DNA of 32,000 bases from Geobacter sulfurreducens PCA (lineage in GTDB: Bacteria; Desulfobacterota; Desulfuromonadia; Geobacterales; Geobacteraceae). Below are positions 16,129-23,485 of this stretch, one piece after another. The notes below the pieces were generated by a model. That model did not search any database and was not told the origin of the DNA. It was given only the letters and a program-made list of their open reading frames with translations. Position 1 is the first letter of the stretch. The number at the start of each line of letters is the position of its first letter. The position numbers were made by a program, and so were the translations under genes. Where the stretch lies: NCBI RefSeq assembly GCF_000007985.2, contig NC_002939.5, positions 3,150,001 through 3,182,000 of the forward strand, written 5' to 3'.

Positions 16129-18795
16129 CTACCAGGTTTGAACGCCGATGGACTTACGCAGAATCAGTATAGCATCCTGCAGGTCAATCTTCCCGTCGGG
16201 GCGAACTATGCCGTTGACCAGGGGGCCCACGTCGGCTGCGGCGTAGTCGTCGGCGGTCGGCGCCACGGCCCCTACCGCGATCCTGAGAACCCGCAGGACG
16301 TCTGCGATGGTTACCGTGCCATCGCTGTTCACATCACCTGTCGGCACGGGGGCAGACAGGCTCCGCGCCGTGACGTTGCCGGCAGCGTCGGTGGCGGTAA
16401 TCCGCAGGGTCGCCGGGTCATGGGGCGTACCGGCGAGATTGATGCTCCAGGCCCCATCGGAGGAGGCGAACAGGCCGAGAGTGCCGGACCGATCGCTTAC
16501 CATCACCGTGGCATCCCGGCCGGCGGTGCCGGCAAGGACGGCCGGCGGCGGCGAGGTCTGACCGGCGATGAGCAGCAACGGCGGAGTCCGGTCGACCACC
16601 AGGTTGCGGGTGGTGCTGGCAGAGGCACCGGTTGCGTCGGTAGCGGTCACGGTCACGGCATGGGCCCCTTCGAGCCCCGCCGGCACCGTAAGGCTGAAGG
16701 CGCTGCCGGTCAGGGTAACCGGCACGGCAGCCCCGTCCACGGTGGCAGAGAGGGTTACACCATCTTCCACGGCACCCGAGATGACGATGCTTTCGGCAAC
16801 GGTTGCCAGGTCTTCGGCCGGCGAGACGATTACCGCCTGGGGTGCGTCGGCATCGTAAAAGACCGTGCGTTTGAGGCGCGCCGTGGCTCCCGACGAGGCG
16901 GCAACGCCGATCTCGATGGTGTTCAGGCCAGGGGCGAGAGTCACCCGCCTGCTCCAGCCCGTATCGCTCACCGTGGCGACTACGCCGTTCACCGTCACGG
17001 TGACGCCGGCCGGGGCGGTGCCGGCAACCTCCACAACGGGCGTCCTCGTGCGGCTGCCATCGGAGGGCGCAACCACCGCCAGTTCGGGCGCAGCCGGATC
17101 AAAGGTAACGCTGCGGCCGTCGGTTACGCTGTTGCCGGCCTGGTCAGTGGCCGTGACCGTTAGCGTGGTGACGCCGTTGGCAAGGACCAGCGGCATACTG
17201 GCACTACCGTTCAGCAGCGTCACAGCCTTGCCGTTGACCGTAACGCCCTGGAGGTGAGGATCAACGGCGGCGATGGTCACGTTGTGGACCCTGACCCCGC
17301 TCCGGCTTCCATTGGCGAGGGTGGAGACCACCAACTGCGGCGCGCGGGTATCCACGGTCACCACCAGGCTTTCTGAGGCGCCACCCGTTGAGAGGGTTAT
17401 GAGGTTGGCGCCCTCGGCGAGGCCGCTCAGCACACTGCGCCAGGTGGAGGAAGTGGGATAGGTGACGGCGGCGGTTGCTCCCGTCGTCCCGTTGAGAATC
17501 GCAAGGGACACGCCGGCGGCGCGGGAACCGGTCAGGGTGACGCTGGTGGTGTTCAGCAGGGGCGGGACGGGGCCGATGGAGAAGAACGTATTGGTCACAG
17601 TCAGCACCACCGACCCGCCGACGGTGGCAATATTGCCAGCCGCGTCAACGGCCTGCACCGTAATACTGTTGAGACCGGGAGTAAGGGCGACAGTGGCGCT
17701 CCAGCCCGAGCCGCTCGTCACGGCCGGCTTGGCGACCCCGCCGTTTACCGACACCGTCACCGTGGCCCCGGCCTCTACGGACCCGCCCACGGCCAGCGAG
17801 GCGGTCAGGGTCGACACGGGTAGCGGATCAAGGGTGATCGCCGGCGGAGTCGTATCCACCGGCAGATAGCCTGCGCCGATGCCGTACAGCACCATGTCGC
17901 CGGCGCCGTTGGCCACCACGAGCCGACTGCCCGCGGCATCGAACAGGGCATCGGAGGGTGCGTTCAACAGGCCGGTGCCGGCGCCGTAGGAACCGATGAA
18001 CGCGAGGAACGCGCCGCTTCCTGCCGGGTCGATCACCTGGACGGTGCTCTGGAAGGAGTCGACCACGTACATTCTGAGCAGCGTGGGGGTTGCGCCGGCC
18101 GAATACTCGAAGGTGATGCCCTGGGGCAACGTGAGTTTGAGGGGGCCGGACCCGAAGGAACAAAGGGTCCGCTGAAAGATGCCGTTTGTGTCAAAAAACT
18201 GAATGCGTCCGTTCAGCGAGTCGACAACGGCCAACTGACCGGAAATCTTCTCGTAGGCAATGCCGGTCGGCATATTGAACTGGCCACTGCCAAAGCCGGC
18301 CGTTCCGAAACGGCTCAGGTAGTCACCCGTGGCAGTGAATACCTGGACGCAGTTACCCAGACTGTCTGTTACGTAAATCCTGCCTGCCGCATCCAGAACA
18401 ACACCGTTGGCCATCTTGAATTGTCCCGTGCCGGAACCCAGACGGCGCAACTCTTTCCCGGTCTGGTCCATGAGGGCCACAAAATCGCCCTGGCTCACCA
18501 CCAGGTTTCCCGTCGCGGTAAGTGCAACCCCCTGGGGCGCCTTGGCAGTGGGGATCAACCGGTCGAAACGGCCGGTGGAGGTGAAGCGCACGATACCGCC
18601 GCCCCGGGAATCGGTGACATACAGGTTGCCGGAAGAGTCTGTGGCGAGACGGACCGGAGACCGGAGACCGTCCGTCACTGACGGCAATGGTGTCACCTGC
18701 GGCGGGGTTGCCGCCAGGCCGCCCGCAATGCCGACCGCTTGGGCACCAACAATGACAACTACCGCCGCCAACAGCTTCCGGACCGTACCAACCAT
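16129..18795 (-). CDS. Secreted NHL-repeat beta-propeller / Ig-like domain array / dockerin-like C-terminal protein
   Basis: ORF track 16129..18798 starts at a GTG; an ATG follows at 18795, with GGGAGG 5-8 nt upstream. The signal peptide is MVGTVRKLLAAVVVIVGAQAVG. About six NHL-type blades follow (repeated P.GVA.D..G.LYV.DS.N..V..F). The middle holds repeated ~90-aa Ig-like units (..V.V.VNG..A....GW...V.L..G.N.I...A.D.AGN). The C-terminus is GDVNSDGTVTIADVLRVLR...RPDGKIDLQDAILILRK, which are dockerin/EF-hand-like duplicated loops. Confidence 0.9.
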   Translation of the reverse strand: MVGTVRKLLAAVVVIVGAQAVGIAGGLAATPPQVTPLPSVTDGLRSPVRLATDSSGNLYVTDSRGGGIVRFTSTGRFDRLIPTAKAPQGVALTATGNLVVSQGDFVALMDQTGKELRRLGSGTGQFKMANGVVLDAAGRIYVTDSLGNCVQVFTATGDYLSRFGTAGFGSGQFNMPTGIAYEKISGQLAVVDSLNGRIQFFDTNGIFQRTLCSFGSGPLKLTLPQGITFEYSAGATPTLLRMYVVDSFQSTVQVIDPAGSGAFLAFIGSYGAGTGLLNAPSDALFDAAGSRLVVANGAGDMVLYGIGAGYLPVDTTPPAITLDPLPVSTLTASLAVGGSVEAGATVTVSVNGGVAKPAVTSGSGWSATVALTPGLNSITVQAVDAAGNIATVGGSVVLTVTNTFFSIGPVPPLLNTTSVTLTGSRAAGVSLAILNGTTGATAAVTYPTSSTWRSVLSGLAEGANLITLSTGGASESLVVTVDTRAPQLVVSTLANGSRSGVRVHNVTIAAVDPHLQGVTVNGKAVTLLNGSASMPLVLANGVTTLTVTATDQAGNSVTDGRSVTFDPAAPELAVVAPSDGSRTRTPVVEVAGTAPAGVTVTVNGVVATVSDTGWSRRVTLAPGLNTIEIGVAASSGATARLKRTVFYDADAPQAVIVSPAEDLATVAESIVISGAVEDGVTLSATVDGAAVPVTLTGSAFSLTVPAGLEGAHAVTVTATDATGASASTTRNLVVDRTPPLLLIAGQTSPPPAVLAGTAGRDATVMVSDRSGTLGLFASSDGAWSINLAGTPHDPATLRITATDAAGNVTARSLSAPVPTGDVNSDGTVTIADVLRVLRIAVGAVAPTADDYAAADVGPLVNGIVRPDGKIDLQDAILILRKSIGVQTW

Positions 18796-18849
18796 CACCC
18801 GAGCCTCCCGGCGCCCCGCGTCTGCCGCTTCCCGCCGTCCAGCGGGCGC

Positions 18850-18895
18850 AGAAAAGCCGGGGCCACTTATCCTTCGGATAATTCGGCATCCCGGC
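18850..18895 (-). terminator. Intrinsic terminator (expression platform) of riboswitch unit A
   Basis: Minus-strand GCCGGGAUGCC (18895-18885, the 3' part of the aptamer) pairs with GGCCCCGGC (18864-18856), with a 2-nt bulge, and is followed by UUUUCUGCG. An inner hairpin UUAUCC-GAA-GGAUAA sits in the loop. Confidence 0.55.
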
Positions 18896-18960
18896 TGTCT
18901 CTAGGAGACCCTAGGCTTTCCGCCCCGCCCTCGCGGACGGTTTAGTCTTATCGTGTATCC
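18876..18960 (-). promoter_or_regulatory. GEMM-I (cyclic-dinucleotide) riboswitch aptamer, unit A, in the 5' leader of the NHL/cytochrome operon
   Basis: Minus-strand RNA: GGAUACACGAUAAGACUAAACCGUCCGCGAGGGCGGGGCGGAAAGCCUAGGGUCUCCUAGAGACAGCCGGGAUGCCGAAUUAUCC. It matches the remembered GEMM-I consensus ..AAACC-stem-GNRA-stem-GRCGCAAAGCC.CGGGUCU...GACAGCCGGGUUGCCGAA. Confidence 0.7.
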
Positions 18961-18993
18961 AGTATTTATTTTGTTACTTTTGCGTTTTATTTA

Positions 18994-19009
18994 TGCAACA
19001 AACAAGCCA
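18994..19009 (-). promoter_or_regulatory. Candidate sigma54 (-24/-12) promoter between the two riboswitch units
   Basis: Minus strand TGGCTT-GTTTG-TTGCA versus the consensus TGGCAC-N5-TTGCA. The GG and GC are correctly spaced. The predicted start is about 20-30 nt upstream of aptamer A. Confidence 0.4.
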
Positions 19010-19027
19010 ACCAGCAGAAATGGCACA

Positions 19028-19080
19028 GAAAAAATAAAAAGCCGGGAGCCTCATATCATCAGATACTTCGGCATCCCGGC
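19028..19080 (-). terminator. Intrinsic terminator (expression platform) of riboswitch unit B
   Basis: Minus-strand GCCGGGAUGCC (19080-19070) pairs with GGCUCCCGGC (19050-19041), giving 10 bp with one bulged U, followed by UUUUUAUUUUUUC. Confidence 0.7.
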
Positions 19081-19145
19081 CATCTCCTTGAGACCCTGGG
19101 CTTTCCGCCCCACCCTCGCGGATGGTTTAGTCTTATCGGCTATCC
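19062..19145 (-). promoter_or_regulatory. GEMM-I (cyclic-dinucleotide) riboswitch aptamer, unit B
   Basis: Minus-strand RNA: GGAUAGCCGAUAAGACUAAACCAUCCGCGAGGGUGGGGCGGAAAGCCCAGGGUCUCAAGGAGAUGGCCGGGAUGCCGAAGUAUC. It is about 89 percent identical to unit A over the 72-nt core. The hairpin CCAUCC-GCGA-GGGUGG differs from CCGUCC-GCGA-GGGCGG in unit A by a compensatory A-U to G-C change. Confidence 0.7.
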
Positions 19146-19344
19146 AGCTATCTATTTATTATTTCGGATATGTTTACCGGATATCAAAATTCAAACAAAA
19201 AAGCAACAAGACAACAATTATTGTTGCCTAACCGGCTCTTGGCGTCTTCATCGGCGAAATCACCGGATGCCCGGACGCGGATCGGGCCCAACCATTCAAG
19301 AAAACACCCGCGATGAGCACCCGGTCATGCAGCCCGCCAGGACC

Positions 19345-19377
19345 GGAAAACGACCGGCAGCCAATGACGGCTGCCGG
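19345..19377 (-). terminator. Rho-independent terminator downstream of the 7-haem cytochrome gene
   Basis: Perfect 9-bp stem CCGGCAGCC (19354-19362) / GGCTGCCGG (19369-19377) with a 6-nt loop. The minus strand continues UCGUUUUCC. It lies 12 nt after the stop at 19390. Confidence 0.65.
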
Positions 19378-19389
19378 CCACGTCTTCCA

Positions 19390-20451
19390 CTACCTGTGCT
19401 CGTCGCAGGCACTGGTGAGGGCGGTGCAGTTCCCCTCCCCGTAGGAGGTCGGCGACGATGCCTTCCTGAAGTTCGTCATGACCTGCGCCTTCTTGCCGGT
19501 GGAATCGATATAGGCATAGGGCGCGGGGTCGGAGTTGTAGCCGATGAACCGGCCGTGGTTCAGGCCGTGCGGACTCACCGAATGGCACGCGACACAGGCC
19601 ACATTGTTCTCGTGGTCGCTTTCGCTGTGAACGTTGTTGTACCAGCCGCTGGAGCCGCCACTTCCCTTGAGGGGGTGACACTTGGCGCAGAACAGGGTGG
19701 TCTGCCAGTTGCCGGTGTTGTTACGCACGTCTCCCAAGGTCCAGAGCTTGCCGTCGGAGCGCGCGGGCCAGGTGGTGCCGGTAATCAGCATGGACTTACC
19801 GGTCGAGCCGGGGGTGTGACAGTCGCTGCACTTCATCACCTGGGTGCCGACGGCGGTCCAGGGTGCCTTCATCTGGTTTGCCCGCAGAGCCCGCGGCGCG
19901 GCGGAGCCGGTCTGGCTGTTGAGGGGCACCTGGACCGGGTGGGCCGACGCGTTGGCCGGGTTGAACTCCCGGGCCTTGTCGGTAAAGGGCTTGCCCGACG
20001 GGCCGACGATGGCGCTCACGCCGTTGGTGGCGGAGAACGCATAGGTGGAGTGACACTTATAGCACAGCTGGTACTCCTTGGTCGCAGGCTGCACGGCCGT
20101 GTACCCGGTCGGCGAGGTCCACGCCGCCGTAGCATTCGGCTGGACCCCGTTGTACTGGCTGAAGTTGGCGACGTAGTCGCCGTGCTTGTCCAGGTGGGAC
20201 TGGGCGCCGTGGCAATTGGAGCAGGCATACTGCTGGCCCGCCACACCGGCGGTGATGGTGTCCATTACATCCTGGTTCGTACTGTTGTGACAGGTCTGGC
20301 AGACGGTGGCCGCAAAGCCGCCGTGTTGCGTGATCAGGTTGTTCTTGTGACAGAAGGAGCAGGTCCCCTGCCCCACCGCGGCCACATGCCCCGCCATGGC
20401 CGGAACGGCCATGGCGAGCAGTGCTGCGAATGTCATGACTATGCGTTTCAT
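19390..20451 (-). CDS. Heptahaem c-type cytochrome
   Basis: ORF track 19390..20490. The ATG at 20451 is preceded by GGAGGA at about 6 nt and gives the signal peptide MKRIVMTFAALLAMAVPAMA. Seven CxxCH sites: CSFCH, CQTCH, CSNCH, CYKCH, CSDCH, CAKCH, CVACH. Confidence 0.9.
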   Translation of the reverse strand: MKRIVMTFAALLAMAVPAMAGHVAAVGQGTCSFCHKNNLITQHGGFAATVCQTCHNSTNQDVMDTITAGVAGQQYACSNCHGAQSHLDKHGDYVANFSQYNGVQPNATAAWTSPTGYTAVQPATKEYQLCYKCHSTYAFSATNGVSAIVGPSGKPFTDKAREFNPANASAHPVQVPLNSQTGSAAPRALRANQMKAPWTAVGTQVMKCSDCHTPGSTGKSMLITGTTWPARSDGKLWTLGDVRNNTGNWQTTLFCAKCHPLKGSGGSSGWYNNVHSESDHENNVACVACHSVSPHGLNHGRFIGYNSDPAPYAYIDSTGKKAQVMTNFRKASSPTSYGEGNCTALTSACDEHR

Positions 20452-20504
20452 AGGGCTCCTCCATTGATCGGTCAGTTGGATGTGGTTCACGTCTCGCCTC
20501 CCCG

Positions 20505-23159
20505 CTACTGCACCAGGAAGGCCCCCTCGGCAACATAGAGGCTGCTCGAGGTGGTGGTGACACGGAACTTCATCCAGCCGTAGCCGTTCATCCGCTGCGC
20601 GATGGAGGTGACGTCGATATCTTTCCAGCCGGCGCTGCTCGTGCTGTAGCTCACCGAGTAGTAGCTGTTCACCGATGTGCCGTTGGACTGGTACGGATAG
20701 ATGCGCAGCGTCCGCGACGAACTGATGGAGGAGACATACAGCCGCAGCACTACCTTGCTTGCGGTCAGGGCGTCGCGGTTCAGCTTCATGGCGATGACGT
20801 AGTTCTCGCCACTCTTGTACTGCAGCAGATACCGGTCTGCAAGGTTGCTGTCGCGGAACTTCGAGGTCAGGTCGTTGCTGTTGCTGTCAGAGGAGGTGAC
20901 GCTGCTCAGCCGCTGCAGGTACAGCACCTGGTCCGCAAACACCGAACTGCTGCCCGCCTGGCTCTGAACCGTCACCACCGCCGTGTCGCTGGCCGTGTCG
21001 CCGCTGTTGTCGGTCACGGTAAGGGTCACCGTGTAGGTGCCTGCCGTGGTGTAGGTTTTGGTGACGCTCACCCCGCTTCCCGTGGTGCCGTCGCCGAAGT
21101 TCCACACATACCCCACGATACTTCCGTCAGGATCGCTGGAGCCCGAACCGGAGAAGGTGATGGCCTGGCCGACGGTAACGGTCCGGTCAGCCCCCGCGTT
21201 GGCCGAAGGGCCCCGGTTGGCGCCGCCGTGGATCATGGTGTGGCAACTGCGGCAGTTCTGCTGGATTCCAGCCATGCCGTCGCTGATGGTCTTGACGTAC
21301 AGCTCATTGGTGCTCGTATGGCAGCCGTTGCAGTAGACCGGTGTGGCGGCCTTCTCATGGGCTGTCACCGCGTTGTCCGAATGGCACTGGCCGCAGTTGG
21401 GGGCGGGCAGTCCCACCATGTCGTGCTGCCCGGCGTGGTTGCCGAAGCCGCCGATGGCGCTGTGGCAGTCAGCACAATAGACGAGCGTGCCGCCCAGCCC
21501 CTTCTGCACCGCCGCCGTCACCGACGCGTTATCGCTGGCGTGGCAGGCCGCGCACTGAAAGCCCTTCACAGCGTGCAGCTCAACCAGGTTCGGAATATGA
21601 CAGGAGCTGCAGTCGCCGTACGGGACCAGCACCTTGCCGTCGTGGGCGCTCTGGTGGGTCACCTGGCCGTGGCAGTCCACGCAGGAGACCGCCTGGCCGC
21701 TCCGCCCCGCGGCAATGGCCTGCTGGACCGCCGTGCTGCTGCTGGAGTGGCAGGTGGCGCAGGTAGACGTGCGGGTCAGGTGCTCGTCGAGCACGCTCTT
21801 GGTGTGGCACTGGGCACAGGCCGGAGAGGCAAGCGCCTGATCGTGCTGGGCCACGTGGTTAACCGCCCCGTGGCAGCTGGCGCAGGAGACCGTGATCCCG
21901 GCGCGGCCGTCGCTTATCGTCTTCTGCACCGCGGCGTTGGTGCTGTTGTGGCAGGTGGCGCAGGTGGAAGAGCGGTTCGTGTGCTCGTACACCACGCCCT
22001 GGCCATGGCACGAGGCGCAATCGGCAGGGGTGGTCACCTTGTCGTGCTGCTGGACGTGGTTCACGTTCGCGTGGCAGTTGGAGCAGTAGACCGTGGTGCC
22101 CGCCTTGCCGGCGGCAATGGCCTGCTGGACCGCGGGAGCGGCGCTCGAGTGGCAGGTGGCGCAGGTTGAAGCCCGCGAAAGGTGCTCGTTCACCACCCCC
22201 AGGTTGTGGCACTGGGCACAGTCGGCATTGGCCATGGCCTTGTCGTGTTGCTGGATGTGGTTCACGGCGCCGTGACAGTTGGCGCAGGAAACCATGGTGC
22301 CGGTCCGGCCGAGGGTGATCGTCTGCTGCACCGTGGTGCTGGAACTGTTGTGGCAGGTGGCGCAGGTGGAGGTCCGGTTGGTGTGCTCCTGGACCGGCCC
22401 CTGATTGTGGCAGCCGGAGCAATCCGCCGGCGTGGAAACCTTGTCGTGCTGAAGCACGTGGTTCACCGTGCCGTGGCAGGTAACACAGTACACGGCGATG
22501 CCGGCCCGGCCGTCGGCGATGGCTTTCTGCACCGCGGGCTGGGTGCTGGCGTGACAGGTGGCGCAGGTGGAGGTCCGGTTCAGGTGTTCGAAGACGACCC
22601 CTTGGGCGTGGCACTGCACGCAGTCGGGAGAGGGGAATGCCCTGTCATGCTGGACAATGTGGTTCACCGCGCCGTGGCAGGTGATACAATTGACCATGAC
22701 GCCGGCCCGGCCGTCGGTGATGGCCTTCTGCACCGCGGGAGCCGTGCTGGAATGGCAGGTGGAGCAGGACGACGTTCTGCTCAGGTGCTCGGCCACGGGG
22801 GTCTGGGTGTGGCACTGGGCGCAATCGGCCGCGGTGGCAACCATGTTGTGGGCCGCAGCGTGGTCCACTTGGCCGTGGCAGACGATACAGTCGGTGATCA
22901 CCTCGATGGTGAATCCGCCCGATCCGTCGGGGATCGCCCGGTGGCACTGGAGGCAGGTGATGCCCTTGCTGCTGGCTACCGCATGGTGTTGCTGGGGAAT
23001 AGAGCCGTAGGTGCTCCCGGTGTGGCACGTCGTGCAGTCGGTTGCGGTAAGAGCCTGGGCATCCCGGACAATTCCCGGACCGGCCGTCAGCATGACGGCT
23101 ACCCCCCACAGGCACATCAGAATCTGCGGGAAAATGGTGATAATCCTCGACCTGTTCAA
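20505..23159 (-). CDS. 27-haem c-type cytochrome (nine tri-haem modules) with a PKD domain and a beta-rich C-terminal domain
   Basis: ORF track 20505..23225, where the longest form starts at a TTG. I prefer the TTG at 23159, which is preceded by AAGGAGGA at 9 nt and gives a signal-like N-terminus NRSRIITIFPQILMCLWGVAVMLTAGPGIVRDAQA. The alternative ATG at 23117 has no SD. There are 27 CxxCH motifs by hand count. The PKD signature is ITFSGSGSSDPDGSIVGYVWNFGDGTTG...YTVTLTVTDNSG. Confidence 0.9.
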   Translation of the reverse strand: MNRSRIITIFPQILMCLWGVAVMLTAGPGIVRDAQALTATDCTTCHTGSTYGSIPQQHHAVASSKGITCLQCHRAIPDGSGGFTIEVITDCIVCHGQVDHAAAHNMVATAADCAQCHTQTPVAEHLSRTSSCSTCHSSTAPAVQKAITDGRAGVMVNCITCHGAVNHIVQHDRAFPSPDCVQCHAQGVVFEHLNRTSTCATCHASTQPAVQKAIADGRAGIAVYCVTCHGTVNHVLQHDKVSTPADCSGCHNQGPVQEHTNRTSTCATCHNSSSTTVQQTITLGRTGTMVSCANCHGAVNHIQQHDKAMANADCAQCHNLGVVNEHLSRASTCATCHSSAAPAVQQAIAAGKAGTTVYCSNCHANVNHVQQHDKVTTPADCASCHGQGVVYEHTNRSSTCATCHNSTNAAVQKTISDGRAGITVSCASCHGAVNHVAQHDQALASPACAQCHTKSVLDEHLTRTSTCATCHSSSSTAVQQAIAAGRSGQAVSCVDCHGQVTHQSAHDGKVLVPYGDCSSCHIPNLVELHAVKGFQCAACHASDNASVTAAVQKGLGGTLVYCADCHSAIGGFGNHAGQHDMVGLPAPNCGQCHSDNAVTAHEKAATPVYCNGCHTSTNELYVKTISDGMAGIQQNCRSCHTMIHGGANRGPSANAGADRTVTVGQAITFSGSGSSDPDGSIVGYVWNFGDGTTGSGVSVTKTYTTAGTYTVTLTVTDNSGDTASDTAVVTVQSQAGSSSVFADQVLYLQRLSSVTSSDSNSNDLTSKFRDSNLADRYLLQYKSGENYVIAMKLNRDALTASKVVLRLYVSSISSSRTLRIYPYQSNGTSVNSYYSVSYSTSSAGWKDIDVTSIAQRMNGYGWMKFRVTTTSSSLYVAEGAFLVQ
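21222..23039 (-). repeat. Coding tandem array: nine ~201-bp (67-aa) tri-haem modules
   Basis: The module consensus is DC.QCH....V.EH..RTSTCATCHSS...AVQ.AI..GRAG..V.C..CHG.VNH..QHD. Modules 2-6 are exactly 67 aa; the first and last three are more diverged. The 201-bp periodicity also shows in shadow ORFs, for example those starting at 21892 and 22093. Confidence 0.85.
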
Positions 23160-23469
23160 AGCGCAAAGTCCTCCTTTCAATGATTCTTCACACTGGCGGG
23201 TTAACAATACAAATACACAATTCAATATACAGCGATGTCAAAAACACATCACAGGCGGAACAAATTAACGCATCTTACTTAAAAAAACAAGGGGAAAAAT
23301 ACGACAAATCAACACATTGCAGCGTTTACAGAGATACGGAAAGGCTCCTCAAAACACACATAAAATCAAACAAGTGCGGCATCTCAACAGTCATTTAACC
23401 GTCATGTCCGGCGAAATAGCCGGACAATGCAACGTAACTGCGCAACTGCCGGTACATGAGAGACCGTTA

Positions 23470-23485
23470 AGCAGTACCTGTGCCA
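23470..23485 (-). promoter_or_regulatory. Candidate sigma54 (-24/-12) promoter upstream of the 27-haem cytochrome gene
   Basis: Minus strand TGGCAC-AGGTA-CTGCT with correct GG/GC spacing. It would give a leader of roughly 300 nt, largely AT-rich. Confidence 0.4.

Noticed and set aside
19021-19040. TGGCAC on the plus strand at 19021, considered as a -24 element.
   Set aside because: No GC -12 element follows at the right distance, and nothing is encoded downstream on the plus strand. The A-run is the U-tract of the minus-strand terminator of riboswitch unit B.
19209-19230. Sigma54-like sequence AGGCAAC-AATAA-TTGT on the minus strand upstream of riboswitch unit B.
   Set aside because: The -12 element is GT rather than GC, and the spacing is off by one. 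It is better described as the CAACAATTATTGTTG palindrome.
20505-23225. The regular ~201-bp repeats, and the repeats at 8931-9346 and 11776-12191, considered as a CRISPR array or a mobile-element signature.
   Set aside because: The repeats are in-frame coding modules of cytochrome genes, with no short spacer/repeat architecture. No cas, transposase or integrase genes and no terminal inverted repeats are present.
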